Shown here in pieces: positions 19,859 through 30,417 of a DNA stretch of 63,069 nt. Numbering within the stretch: the stretch's first letter is position 1; each line of letters opens with the position of its first letter. The notes below the pieces were generated by a model. It had not been told where the DNA came from. It did no database searches and saw nothing but the letters and a program-made list of their open reading frames with translations. Both the position numbers and the translations under genes were made by a program. Source of the stretch: Myxococcota bacterium (lineage in GTDB: Bacteria > Myxococcota_A > Polyangia > Polyangiales > Houyiibacteriaceae). Location: contig JBCCEA010000024.1 of NCBI GenBank assembly GCA_039030515.1, forward strand, positions 1-63,069, read 5' to 3'.

Positions 19859-20851
19859 GATGGCCTCACGTATAAACAACTCCTCCAACCGCTCTCGCTG
19901 AGGAATCACATCGATGATGCGGGCACCGTCCTGAATGCATTGCTGCAAAGCCCGTTGGGTGTCTTCGTCTCCTTCTAGAGTGACTCGGAGCCGCCCGTCC
20001 TGTTCTTGCACGGTTGCTCCCTCGGAGATGAGCCATTCAAGAAGGGTTGAGCTGACGTGCTCTAGGGTGAGCTCGACTCTTCGCACCTCCGGTCGAAGCA
20101 GCGTTTGGAGGCTTCCGCTCGCGCGCACACGCCCCTGATTCAGAATGGTGACGTGGTCACAGAGCATCTCGACATCGCTGAGGATGTGGCTGGTCAGGAG
20201 CAAAGTACGGCCTTTTGCCCGCTCTTCCGCCAGAATCTCGCGCACGTGTCGTCGGCCCACCGGATCGAGCCCACTCATGGGTTCATCGAGGATCAGCAGC
20301 TCCGGCTCGTGAAGGAGCGCCTGCGCGAGTCCGACGCGCTGGGTCATGCCCTTGCTGAACTTGCCGATCCTTCGATCTTTCGCGTGAGACAGCCCAACGC
20401 GCTCCAAAATATCCGTTGTGCGTGTTCGCCGTTGCGCTGCGCTCATGCCCATCAGTCGGCCGCAAAGGTCGAGAAACTCGATCGGGTTTAGATAGTCGTA
20501 GACGTAGGGATTCTCTGGGAGGTAACCGGTACGGCTTTGCACAATTCGGCTCCCGAGCGCTTGATCGAAGAGCCGAATCGACCCGGAGGTTGGATAGATC
20601 AAACGGAGCAACATCTTGATAGTCGTCGTCTTGCCCGCTCCGTTTGGCCCGAGCAGTCCGAAGGTTTCGCCCTGTCGAACCGTGAAGTTGACGCCGCGCA
20701 CCGCCTCGACACGCTTGCGAAAAAACCCAATGAAAAAAGTCTTCTTAAGTTCTTGGACCTCGAGAACCTTCGGAGCAGTTTCGCCGACCGCTTCGGAATC
20801 AAGGGTCGACGCGTGTTCTGAAGCAGCAGCGATCGATTCAGTGGAACTCAT
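19835..20851 (-). CDS. ABC transporter ATP-binding protein (ABC-2 type)
   Basis: GPNGAGKTT, FSKGM, LILDEP, SH. Confidence 0.92.
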   Translation of the reverse strand: MSSTESIAAASEHASTLDSEAVGETAPKVLEVQELKKTFFIGFFRKRVEAVRGVNFTVRQGETFGLLGPNGAGKTTTIKMLLRLIYPTSGSIRLFDQALGSRIVQSRTGYLPENPYVYDYLNPIEFLDLCGRLMGMSAAQRRTRTTDILERVGLSHAKDRRIGKFSKGMTQRVGLAQALLHEPELLILDEPMSGLDPVGRRHVREILAEERAKGRTLLLTSHILSDVEMLCDHVTILNQGRVRASGSLQTLLRPEVRRVELTLEHVSSTLLEWLISEGATVQEQDGRLRVTLEGDEDTQRALQQCIQDGARIIDVIPQRERLEELFIREAIDPPSTPR

Positions 20852-20946
20852 AGATCATCCATCCGAGTGCAGGTCTTATCATGGATTCCTGAGGCGCGCG
20901 GCGGGCCGGCCAAGAGTCGGAACGCGCGCTGGAAAGCGTAAAACAG

Positions 20947-21034
20947 GCAAAGCTCAATGAGAATAGGATAGGCCGGACAGGCAGGAGCAAAGCTCAATGA
21001 GAATAGGATAGGCCGGACAGGCAGGAGCAAAGCT
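20947..21034. repeat. 40-bp tandem duplication of the 3' end of the aminotransferase gene
   Basis: gcaaagctcaatgagaataggataggccggacaggcagga x2 plus gcaaagct. Confidence 0.9.
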
Positions 21035-22109
21035 TGTCGACCACGACGTCACAATCGTTCAGGTCCATTTGCGGGTGCAGGGGAAGCGCCAGCCCTTGAT
21101 TTGCGATCGTTTCAGCATGCAGCAGCGCAGAGGGAATGCGCGCTTTTTCGGCGATCGGTTTGATCTGATGCAGGGCATACGAGAGACGACCAGCCTCAAC
21201 ACCGAGTGTGCGCAGCCGGGCGATGATCTCGTCTCGATTCCCGGCGTTTAGAACCACGCCAAACGTTTGTACATTGGAGCTCGCCCCGGCTGGGTACTCC
21301 TGACGCGTCAGTGGCATCTCGCCCGACCGCTTATTCTCGTCCAGTCGGTTTCGGTAACGATCGGCTAGAGCTTGTCGTATTGCCACCGTCTCATCCAGTC
21401 GCTGCAGCTGCCCTTGCCCCAAAACGGCCGCGACTTCGGTCAGACGATGATTGAGCGCGGCGTGTTCGAACCGTCCCGCCTCCGCCTGTCCGTGATTGCG
21501 CAGAGAACGAAGCTCTTTCGCTAGGTCGATACGATCCGTAAGGCACATGCCACCCTCTCCGGTGGTGATCACTTTGCGCGGATGGAAGCTGAGGCAGGAG
21601 ACCAGACCGAAACTGCCGCACGGGCGACCGTCAGCGAATCGGGAGCCGATCGCGCAAGCAGCATCCTCGATCACGAGTAGGTCTTGGAGCGCGTCTTCGA
21701 TCGGGGCTCGGTCGACCGGTGCACCAAACTGGTCGATCACGATCGCGGCTCGCGTCGCATCGCTGCGCGCACGTCGGTAGTTCTCGGCGGTGGCGTTCCA
21801 GCTTTGAGGGTCGACATCGACCAAGACGGGGGCAGCACCGACGGCGATCACAGCATGAGCAGGGCTCGGCCAGGTCAGAGCCGGCACCAGAACCTCGTCA
21901 GAGGGGCCGAGCTGCAACGCGGAAAGAGCCAGATAAAGCGCCGAAGTTCCGCTGGAAACCGCTACCCCGTAGGTGCGGCCACAGCGACGCGCGCAGGCCG
22001 CCTCAAACGCGGCCACGTGTGCGCCCTGAGTCAACATGCCGGTTCGAAGCACCTCGAGTGCGGCCGCCAGTTCTTTTTCGTCAAATTCAGGTCGGGCCAA
22101 TCGGATCAT
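20994..22109 (-). CDS. DegT/DnrJ/EryC1/StrS PLP-dependent aminotransferase
   Basis: SSGTSAL, IEDAACAIG, SFHPRKVITTGEGG. Confidence 0.93.
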   Translation of the reverse strand: MIRLARPEFDEKELAAALEVLRTGMLTQGAHVAAFEAACARRCGRTYGVAVSSGTSALYLALSALQLGPSDEVLVPALTWPSPAHAVIAVGAAPVLVDVDPQSWNATAENYRRARSDATRAAIVIDQFGAPVDRAPIEDALQDLLVIEDAACAIGSRFADGRPCGSFGLVSCLSFHPRKVITTGEGGMCLTDRIDLAKELRSLRNHGQAEAGRFEHAALNHRLTEVAAVLGQGQLQRLDETVAIRQALADRYRNRLDENKRSGEMPLTRQEYPAGASSNVQTFGVVLNAGNRDEIIARLRTLGVEAGRLSYALHQIKPIAEKARIPSALLHAETIANQGLALPLHPQMDLNDCDVVVDKLCSCLSGLSYSH

Positions 22110-22262
22110 CCACCGAATCCTATCCGCCGAAGTGCTCGATGAACACCTCGACGTAGGTCTCGTGAGACAGCGCGCCGTGATCGATCAAAACCGGTCGGGG
22201 TTCGTTCTTTGAATCGCGATCTTCCTATCATTTCGATCAAAATTCGTTCTAGCCTAAAAATT

Positions 22263-25200
22263 GTGCCTCAGAAGACGACACCCGAGCGGATCGGGCGATA
22301 TCGAATACTTCGACGCGTAGGCGCTGGAGGGATGGCGGAGGTATTCCTTGCAAAGTCGGCTGGGGCCGAGGGCATTGAGAAGCTCCTTGTCGTCAAACGC
22401 ATCCTTCCGAGTTTTGCTCGGAGCACGAAATTTCTCGCGATGTTTGTGGACGAGGCCAAAGTGGCGATGCGTCTCAACCATCCAAACATCGTTCAGGTGT
22501 ATGCGTTTGACCAGGTCCGCGATCAGTTCTTGCTTTCGATGGAGTACGTCGACGGCCTGGATCTCGGCAGGCTGCAGTCTCTGGCAGAACGGCAGGGCGT
22601 ACGCGTGCCGTTCGGTATTTCTGCGTTTATCATGGTGGAAGTCGCTCGAGGCCTCGACTACGCGCACAATCGCCGTGACGAATCCAAGGCTCCGTTAGAG
22701 ATCGTCCACCGAGACGTGAGCCCTCAAAATGTGCTCTTGAGCTACGAGGGGAGCGTCAAGGTCACGGATTTCGGTATCGCTAAAGCGCGACTGGTTTCTG
22801 AGGAAACCGGAATCATCAAAGGAAAGTTCGGCTACATGTCTCCCGAGCAGGCCAAAGGAGAGCGTGTCGATCGCAGAAGTGACGTGTACGCGATGGGCAT
22901 CGTACTCGCCGAGCTCGTCAGCGGTCGGCAGATGTACCCCAAAAGGCAAGGTCTCGATGTGCTCGAGGCGGTTCGCTCCGGCAGGATCACGCTGCCCGAG
23001 GAGATTCGTTCGGATGTGCCCGCACAGCTCAACGCGATCGTGGCTCGAGCAACCGCTTTTCGCGCAGAAGATCGCTATCCGAACGCTCGCGAGTTTGGGG
23101 CGTCTTTAGCCCGCTACCTTCACGACCAAGATCGGGTTTTCGACGGAGGTTCACTGGAGACCTTCATTGAAGGACTGGTACCGAACGACAAAAACATCGC
23201 GGAATCTGAGCCACTCGGCACCTTTGCACTGGGATCCGTGGATTCGATGTTTTCGACCGAGCATGCCGAAGAGCGTCGTGAGCGGAGACATGTGGTGGCG
23301 GTGTGCGGGGTGCTCCACGGCCTAGACGATAGGCCAATGCAGGCCGGCAGCGGAGCCACAGATGGCCAAAAAGAGATCGCGCTACCGATCGAGGAAGGGT
23401 TCGGCGACGCGCACTCAAGCGATGGAGGTTCGGAGGCAAAAGACTCAGAAGATAGGGTGCCTTTCGAGCTTGCGAATCTACTCGCTTCCATCGCTTTTCG
23501 GAGTGATGCGGTCCTCGATTGGGATGTAAACCCGGAGCGCATCGCCATGCGCGTCCTCGTCGGACTGGGGCGCCCAAGCGTCAACGACCCGCTCGAAGCC
23601 ATCCGACTGGCCGCCGACAGCCTCGAAGCGACGGTCGGTCTTTCCGCAGATACCGCAAGCGGAATATCGATCTCGATCGGCGTTTCCCGTGGCGTCGTAT
23701 CCACCGTTCGTGACGGATCCGGCAGGCTGTTGCGGTACGAGCCGGTCGATGGAGGTCTGCGGCTCGGAGATCGCTTGGCGATCAAGGCAGGTCCGGGAGA
23801 AATTCTGGTAACAGGAGCCGTTTTTCGTTGGACCCATCGTTCCTTTGTCTATGAGGCACAGCCGCTCACGGTGCCGGAAACAGGCGCCGGATCTGAGGAT
23901 TCTGAGGGATCCACACTGCCCAGGAGCTCTGCGCTACCTACGAGCTCCACGTTGTCTACAGGCTCTGCGAAGGTGTCGGCCTACCGATTAAGGGGTTCGT
24001 GGAGTGCTCGGGAACGAACCGAACAACTGAAAACTACGAGCCGTGATTGGCCCTTTGTGGGTCGCGAGTCGGAGCTTCGCTCGCTGCAGTCGGATTTTGC
24101 ACAGACCGTATCTTTAGGCCGCAGCCACTTTCTCACAGTGCTCGGCGACCTGGGCGTGGGAAAAACTGCGCTTGTGCTGGAGTCGCTAGCTCGACTGCCG
24201 TCTCGAAGTTCCGTACTCCGATATGAATGCAGTTTCGGTGCGGATGCAGAGCCGTTTTCAGCCGTTCGTGAGCTTGTGCGCCTCGCATGCAATATCGACG
24301 AACGCGAGAAAAAAGAGGCTGCTTTGCTGCAGCTGCAGGAACGTCTCGACACGCTTGGGACAGAACCCACCAAGCAGCGGTTGATCCTCGAGGGGCTTCG
24401 GCCGCTATTTCTTGAGGGCGGTGATGCGGATCAAAGGCTACCCGAAGATAAGTCTCGCTCACTGATCGCTGGGGTGATCTCTCTGCTGACGGAAATGGCT
24501 CGTGAATCGCCACTGGCCGTGTGGATCGACGCGTTTCAGTGGATCGATGCGGCCAGTCTCGAACTCGTGCGCCAGCTTCGGGTGAGTCGCCGTGTTCCTC
24601 TATTTGTCGTCGTGTCCACGCGACCAGAGCCCGGGGTGCAAAACGTACTGGAAGGCGCCCCCTGCATGCGGATGGTCGAACTCTCTTTGGATCAAACGCA
24701 CGCGCTGATTCGAGCTCGTTTTCCGCAGGCCCAAGTACACGGCACCGTTTTGGACAGCATCGTAGAGCGGGCGGGCGGCAACCCTTTCTTTATCCTTGAA
24801 CTGCTCGATTCTCTCGTAGAGCAACAGGTGCTCAAAACCGTTGTCGAACGAGGCGAATCTTGGGTTCGGATGGTCGCAACCCCCGCGGCGCTACCGACGA
24901 CGCTTGAGGGCGTTGTCGCCGTTCGACTGGGTCAGCTGCCCGAGGAGGTCCGTCGTGCGCTGAGCTGGCTCGCCGTGGCCAGTCCGATCATCGATGCTGC
25001 GGATTTATCGGCCGTCGCGGGCAAGGATCTCAAGGGGCCCATCGCGGTGCTTGAAGAGCGAGGCCTGATCGAGAGAAGGTCGCGAGCCCGCCTCCAGTTC
25101 ACGAAGGCCGTCGTTCGCTTGGTGGCGTACGAATCGATCGATCGAGAAGATCGCGCTCGAATGCATCGGCGGCTGGCCCAGCATATCGAGCAGAGCAAAC

Positions 25201-26513
25201 TCGACGTTCCGGGAATCTATCTCGCACGTCATCTCGAATTTGGAGGAGAGCGAGCGCGGGGAGCAAACGCGTATCTTCGCGCGGCGTCCGAGTATGCCGG
25301 CCGATTTGCCTATCGCGCAGCCCTGCGCAGCTTCAACAAGGCGATCGAACTTCTGGAGCGACATTCAAGGGAGAGTTTTCACGCTCATGAAACCTGCGAT
25401 GAAATCTTGCGAGGTTTGGGGCGCCCTCCTTCGGATCGGACGCGTCATGTCGATTCAATGCTGGAAATCGCGGAGTCACAGAAAGACTACTCGCTTGAAA
25501 GTATTGCGATGGGCTGCAAGGCACGGCTGATGCTGGACTTGGGGATCACCGCGCGCGCAGGTGCAGTACTGAGCCGCGCAGATATGGCAGCAAACGCAGC
25601 CGGCGATCGTCGATTGCGGGTGCGCGCGCTTCTTCTGCGAGCGGAGCTCCACCGCATCGAGGACTCGGTCGAGTCTGCACTGCAGGTGGCGGACTTGGCG
25701 TTTGCCGGGGTTGTCGAAGATCCTTCGCTGGTCTTGGACAGGGCGCGTGTTCAGGCAGAGCGCGCCCGGCTGCTCTTGGCACTTCGGAAACTAACGGAGG
25801 CACAACAAGCGGCGGCAGAGGCGGTTGTCGTCGGTCGGCGCACCGGCTCCGATCGGTTGCAGGAAGATGCGCTGCGTACCTTGGCCCGGGCACTCAGCGC
25901 TCAGGGACGCTGGGAGGACGCGATTGCCGCCGCCCTCGCGGCGTCTGCAATCTCGAAAACGACGGGCACTTGGCTTTCGCTAGGAAACGCTCTTGCGCTG
26001 ATCGGATCGGTATACGCCCACCTTGGGGAATACCGTCGTGGCGGCGCTTTTTTTGAGCGCGCGAGCTCCGTCTATGAAGCCGCAGCGGAGCATCAGCCAC
26101 TGGTCGAGTCGCTAAGCCGCCAGGCCGAAATGGCTTTGGATCAGGATGAAGACATCAACCGGGCGAGCAAGTATCTCGAAAAAGCAAAAGGCGTGATCGA
26201 GCGATCGAGCGAGGAGCAAAGATTCCCTTGGTTTTGGCTGGTGCAGGCACGTATGGACCAGATGGCGACTCGTCTCGACGAGGCCGAACTCGCAGCAGAG
26301 CGGTCCGTACGCGGGTTCCGTGAATCTGGAGATTTGACGCAGCAGCTCTATGCGTCCGCACTGCTTGCCGGCCTAAGGCTGCGGGTAGGCAAAGGGGTCG
26401 ACGCGTACCTACTGGCGGAGCACACGGCGCTCGGCCTCGGGATGCGGCGTCACGGGTATTCAAGCCTCGCTACCCGTGCCCTTTTGGGACAGTTTTTTTT
26501 TGGACGCCGGTGA
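22263..26513 (+). CDS. Ser/Thr kinase + degenerate cyclase-like domain + AAA/STAND ATPase + TPR-like repeats; likely continues to 26652 across a T9 frameshift
   Basis: GAGGMAEV, HRDVSPQN, DFG; FVGRESEL, GDLGVGKT, GGNPFFI; helical repeats. Confidence 0.88.
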   Translation: MPQKTTPERIGRYRILRRVGAGGMAEVFLAKSAGAEGIEKLLVVKRILPSFARSTKFLAMFVDEAKVAMRLNHPNIVQVYAFDQVRDQFLLSMEYVDGLDLGRLQSLAERQGVRVPFGISAFIMVEVARGLDYAHNRRDESKAPLEIVHRDVSPQNVLLSYEGSVKVTDFGIAKARLVSEETGIIKGKFGYMSPEQAKGERVDRRSDVYAMGIVLAELVSGRQMYPKRQGLDVLEAVRSGRITLPEEIRSDVPAQLNAIVARATAFRAEDRYPNAREFGASLARYLHDQDRVFDGGSLETFIEGLVPNDKNIAESEPLGTFALGSVDSMFSTEHAEERRERRHVVAVCGVLHGLDDRPMQAGSGATDGQKEIALPIEEGFGDAHSSDGGSEAKDSEDRVPFELANLLASIAFRSDAVLDWDVNPERIAMRVLVGLGRPSVNDPLEAIRLAADSLEATVGLSADTASGISISIGVSRGVVSTVRDGSGRLLRYEPVDGGLRLGDRLAIKAGPGEILVTGAVFRWTHRSFVYEAQPLTVPETGAGSEDSEGSTLPRSSALPTSSTLSTGSAKVSAYRLRGSWSARERTEQLKTTSRDWPFVGRESELRSLQSDFAQTVSLGRSHFLTVLGDLGVGKTALVLESLARLPSRSSVLRYECSFGADAEPFSAVRELVRLACNIDEREKKEAALLQLQERLDTLGTEPTKQRLILEGLRPLFLEGGDADQRLPEDKSRSLIAGVISLLTEMARESPLAVWIDAFQWIDAASLELVRQLRVSRRVPLFVVVSTRPEPGVQNVLEGAPCMRMVELSLDQTHALIRARFPQAQVHGTVLDSIVERAGGNPFFILELLDSLVEQQVLKTVVERGESWVRMVATPAALPTTLEGVVAVRLGQLPEEVRRALSWLAVASPIIDAADLSAVAGKDLKGPIAVLEERGLIERRSRARLQFTKAVVRLVAYESIDREDRARMHRRLAQHIEQSKLDVPGIYLARHLEFGGERARGANAYLRAASEYAGRFAYRAALRSFNKAIELLERHSRESFHAHETCDEILRGLGRPPSDRTRHVDSMLEIAESQKDYSLESIAMGCKARLMLDLGITARAGAVLSRADMAANAAGDRRLRVRALLLRAELHRIEDSVESALQVADLAFAGVVEDPSLVLDRARVQAERARLLLALRKLTEAQQAAAEAVVVGRRTGSDRLQEDALRTLARALSAQGRWEDAIAAALAASAISKTTGTWLSLGNALALIGSVYAHLGEYRRGGAFFERASSVYEAAAEHQPLVESLSRQAEMALDQDEDINRASKYLEKAKGVIERSSEEQRFPWFWLVQARMDQMATRLDEAELAAERSVRGFRESGDLTQQLYASALLAGLRLRVGKGVDAYLLAEHTALGLGMRRHGYSSLATRALLGQFFFGRR

Positions 26514-26648
26514 ACATGTACGTGCTCAGATCCACTGGTCAGAGGCTCTGGCTGAAGCCGATCAGTATCGCTCCTACATTCGAGATCCGGAGTTAAGATC
26601 CCTCTACGAGCAGAACCCTCTCGTGCAAAGGGTTCGGGCGTCGGCATC

Positions 26649-27893
26649 GTGACTGGAATGGGGCTGGTTTTGTCCGGCGGGGGAGCCCGCGGCGCTTACG
26701 AAGTAGGCGTGATGAGCTACGTACTCGGTGACCTCGCGCGAAAACACGGACGCAGCCCTCATTTCGACGTCATCGCAGCGACCAGCGTCGGCGCAGTGAA
26801 TGCAGCGTTTCTCGCAGCCAGCGCGGACGAGCTAGGCAGGGGCGCATCGCGGCTTGAGGGCATCTGGTCGGATCTTCAGTTGGGGACGGTGATGGGTTTT
26901 GGTCTGCAACAGGCTCGAAAACTGCATCGCGTAGTGCTGGGAGGTGATCGTCCTGCCGGCATCTTTGATGCGCGACCGCTCGCAGAACTCGTCGGCTCAA
27001 AGGTCCCCTGGCGGCGGATCGCTCGAAACCTGAGAAGCGGGCACTTGGACGCACTGACGGTAGCCACCACCGAGGTAGAGACGGGAAGCCCGGTCGTGTT
27101 CGTCGACAGCGCACCCCACGTTCCATTGCCGGTGACGATGCGCCATATCGCAGTTCGCCCGGTTCACGTACTCGCCCATCATGTGCTCGCTTCCGCGGCG
27201 ATTCCGCTGATCTTTCCGCCGGTCGAGATCAAAGGTGAACTCTTTTGCGACGGGGGACTGCGGCTGAACACTCCGATGGCTCCTGCAATCCACATGGGCA
27301 TGAACCGTCTATTTGTGGTCGGGGTGTCGACCCCGATTCGGGGCACGAAACAGGGTCACTCCGAAATACCGGGTGAATCCGGCAAGATTGGGCCAAGACC
27401 CGATGGGCCGCGGGTAAAACCGGGACGCGCACCGGGGGCAGCTTTTTTGTTCGGCAAGGTGCTCAACGCTTTTTTGCTCGACCACATCAACAGCGAATTG
27501 CTCAAGATCGACTCCGTCAATCGATATCTCGAGGACGGCACCGCGGTTGCAGGACCCGAATTTCTTGAAGAAGTCAACGTGCTGCGCCAGGCACGCGGCG
27601 AACTTCCCTGGAATCCGATCGAGACGCTGACCATCCGACCGAGCGTCGATATCGGCAGCATTGCAGGCGATCATTTACGCAGGAACCGACCCAAATTCGG
27701 GCGGATCTTTGGTCGGAACATTCTTAGGCTGCTGGACCTAGGAGAGGGCGCCGACGCAGATCTAGCCAGTTACTTGCTTTTTGACGGTAAGTTTGCACGC
27801 AAGCTCATCGAGCAGGGACGTGCGGACGCGCGACATCGCAAGGATCAGATCGCGGACTTCCTCTACGGAGACTCCGATTCACTCACCACCTGA
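26649..27893 (+). CDS. Patatin-like phospholipase
   Basis: LSGGGARGAY, ATSVGA (GxSxG variant), ASAAIP, DGG. Confidence 0.88.
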   Translation: MTGMGLVLSGGGARGAYEVGVMSYVLGDLARKHGRSPHFDVIAATSVGAVNAAFLAASADELGRGASRLEGIWSDLQLGTVMGFGLQQARKLHRVVLGGDRPAGIFDARPLAELVGSKVPWRRIARNLRSGHLDALTVATTEVETGSPVVFVDSAPHVPLPVTMRHIAVRPVHVLAHHVLASAAIPLIFPPVEIKGELFCDGGLRLNTPMAPAIHMGMNRLFVVGVSTPIRGTKQGHSEIPGESGKIGPRPDGPRVKPGRAPGAAFLFGKVLNAFLLDHINSELLKIDSVNRYLEDGTAVAGPEFLEEVNVLRQARGELPWNPIETLTIRPSVDIGSIAGDHLRRNRPKFGRIFGRNILRLLDLGEGADADLASYLLFDGKFARKLIEQGRADARHRKDQIADFLYGDSDSLTT

Positions 27894-28302
27894 GTGCCCT
27901 CAGCTCGACCTATCCCAGCGGCGACAACCCCTGGGATCCCTTGTGAAACAGCGTCCTTGCCGAACTTATCCCGGACCCATCCACACGTTCGTGAAACATG
28001 AGAGTAAACTGTGGAAAAAGAACTGCATGTGCCTGAATCTACTGAACAAATAAGGCATAAGTCACCTGTGAGCATAAGTTGCTGCTGTGACGGTTCGATG
28101 CACATTTTGCTTGCACTCGCCTTCGAGAATTGTCGCGCCAAAACATGTTCGTGTCATTCTCTGCGAGACCCCAGCTGGTGATATCCGGCAGGCCGGATGT
28201 ATTGCGCTGAATCCCGGGAAACGAGGCACATGCGTCAGGCGTGAGCGCAAACCAGCTACTTCAAGTCGGAGGAAATGCGGGTTTCCGTGATAGGCTCGGC
28301 TT

Positions 28303-29265
28303 GTGGAAGCGGCTGTGGGGGCAGCGGCGAGTGCCACTCTCGTCGCGAATCGAATTGTGGACAACGTTGCCCTCGCGCTGCACGGAAAGCGTGAGACCAT
28401 CAAGATGGCGGTCACCGCCCTGCTTGCGGAGGGGCATCTGCTCATCGAAGACGTACCGGGCGTGGGTAAGACCACCCTGGCGCGGGGCCTTGCGCGATCG
28501 CTGGGCTTGGATTTTCGGCGGGTTCAGTGCACTTCCGACCTGATGCCGGCAGACGTCCTTGGGGGCAGCGTGTACGACGCAAACCGAGGGCAGTTTGACT
28601 TTCGCAAAGGACCGATCTTCACCGACATTTTTCTCGCAGACGAAGTCAACCGCACCACGCCGAAAACCCAGAGCGCCCTACTTGAGGCGATGGCGGAAGG
28701 TCAGGTTTCGATCGATGGAACAACCTACCCGCTGGGCACTCCCTTTTTTGTGGTGGCGACCCAGAACCCACAGGATTCTCACGGAGTGTACCCTCTGCCA
28801 GAGTCTCAGCTGGATCGTTTTCTGCTTCGTATTCGTATCGGATACCCGCCGGCAGAGATAGAGCGGCAGCTGCTTCGAAGTCGAGGCACTGGAGATCCGG
28901 TCGAGATACTTCAGCCGGTCGTCGATCGAGAGGACTTGCTTCGCACCTGTAAGGCGCTCGACAACATTCGGGTCGAGGACGTGGTGCTCGATTATCTCTA
29001 CGCTCTGATCGAATCGACACGTCAATCCCCGTTTCTGCAGGGAGGCGCATCGACTCGAGCGGCGCTTGCTCTCGAGCGTGCAGTGAGGGCTCATGCGCTG
29101 GTCGAGGGGCGAGCGTACGCGACTCCGGACGACGTGCAAAAACTCGCGATTCCCGTGATGGCCCATCGGCTGAGAATGGCCCGAACTCCAGCGGGGGGCT
29201 CAGGCGCACACGACACAGAACGCGTCCTGCAGGATTTACTTTCTAACTTGAGTGTTCCCGTCTGA
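28303..29265 (+). CDS. MoxR family AAA+ ATPase
   Basis: DVPGVGKT, DEVNR, ATQNP, LPESQLDRF. Confidence 0.93.
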   Translation: MEAAVGAAASATLVANRIVDNVALALHGKRETIKMAVTALLAEGHLLIEDVPGVGKTTLARGLARSLGLDFRRVQCTSDLMPADVLGGSVYDANRGQFDFRKGPIFTDIFLADEVNRTTPKTQSALLEAMAEGQVSIDGTTYPLGTPFFVVATQNPQDSHGVYPLPESQLDRFLLRIRIGYPPAEIERQLLRSRGTGDPVEILQPVVDREDLLRTCKALDNIRVEDVVLDYLYALIESTRQSPFLQGGASTRAALALERAVRAHALVEGRAYATPDDVQKLAIPVMAHRLRMARTPAGGSGAHDTERVLQDLLSNLSVPV

Positions 29266-29280
29266 GTGGGTCGCCTCTGA

Positions 29281-30417
29281 ATGAAGCGTAAAGCACGCAA
29301 GAGCAGCGAAGACCTTTCAAGCAGCAAGATAGACATCAGCCGTCTTGATGCTGCACCGGGAGAGCCAAGCGCTACTTCAGGCGAGTTCACACCACGCAGA
29401 AAATATTTACCTCGATTTGCAAAAAGGCGGCGCCGCGGCGGTCCTGTCCGTTTGACCTTTGCGGGCAAGCTCTTTGTAGGGGTCACCGTGGGGGTGGGCT
29501 TTGCAGCGGTGAATACCGGCAACAACCTACTCTACCTCGTTTTGGGCTTGCTGCTGAGTTTGCTTCTCGTTTCGGGCGTATTGAGCGAACTGGCGCTTAG
29601 CGGTATTCGGGTCAAACGCCGGCTCCCTCGTCGGTCGTTCGCTGCTGAAGAAATGCAGATCGAGCTTTCGGTATTCAATTCAAAGCGACGTTTGCCGAGC
29701 TACTCACTGGAGCTGGAAGACCTTGCGGAACAGGAACCGAAAAAACGCTGCTACTTCCTCAAGGTTCTGCCGAAAACCGAACTGGTCGCCACCTACCGTC
29801 GCAAACCTCTATCGCGGGGTTGCATTCGCTTCACCGAAGTCCACGTGCGCACTCGTTATCCGTTTGGTTTGATTCAAAAGACCCGAGTGGTTCGAGCGCC
29901 AAGTGAGTTTGTCGTCTTTCCTGCGTTGCTTCCCTCCAATGCACTTTCAGAATCGCTACCAGAGGAAGAGGCTTATGAGTCTGAAGGAAGACTCGGATTC
30001 GGCGAAGACGTTGCTGGACTCCGCGAATATCGACCAGGCGACGAGGCCGGATCGATCCACTGGGGCCGAACAGCCCGTCTCGGCAAGCTCGTCGTGCGCG
30101 AACGTGAGATCGGCAGTTCTCGGCGGTACTCTTTTTTCGTCGACAGCGCCTGCCCAACGCCGAGGGAAGGCGAGGTCACCGCACCCAAGATGCTCACCGA
30201 CTGGGAAGAGCGATTTGAAAGACGCATTTCGGAGGTAGCTGGACAGGTGATTCAGATCCTTGAGCAAGGTCATTCGGTGGAGGTTCGGTCGACCACCAGC
30301 CGCGCTCCACGGGTGCCTGCCGGAGGATCGCCCGATCCCATTTTGCATTGGCTCGCTCTACTTGAATCAGAGAACTCGGATTCGACATGTCGTTCGCCCT
30401 ACTCCACAAACTCATAA
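29281..30417 (+). CDS. DUF58 domain protein
   Basis: AAVNTGNNLLYL, YPFGL, LREYRPGD..IHW; lies between MoxR and transglutaminase genes. Confidence 0.88.
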   Translation: MKRKARKSSEDLSSSKIDISRLDAAPGEPSATSGEFTPRRKYLPRFAKRRRRGGPVRLTFAGKLFVGVTVGVGFAAVNTGNNLLYLVLGLLLSLLLVSGVLSELALSGIRVKRRLPRRSFAAEEMQIELSVFNSKRRLPSYSLELEDLAEQEPKKRCYFLKVLPKTELVATYRRKPLSRGCIRFTEVHVRTRYPFGLIQKTRVVRAPSEFVVFPALLPSNALSESLPEEEAYESEGRLGFGEDVAGLREYRPGDEAGSIHWGRTARLGKLVVREREIGSSRRYSFFVDSACPTPREGEVTAPKMLTDWEERFERRISEVAGQVIQILEQGHSVEVRSTTSRAPRVPAGGSPDPILHWLALLESENSDSTCRSPYSTNS

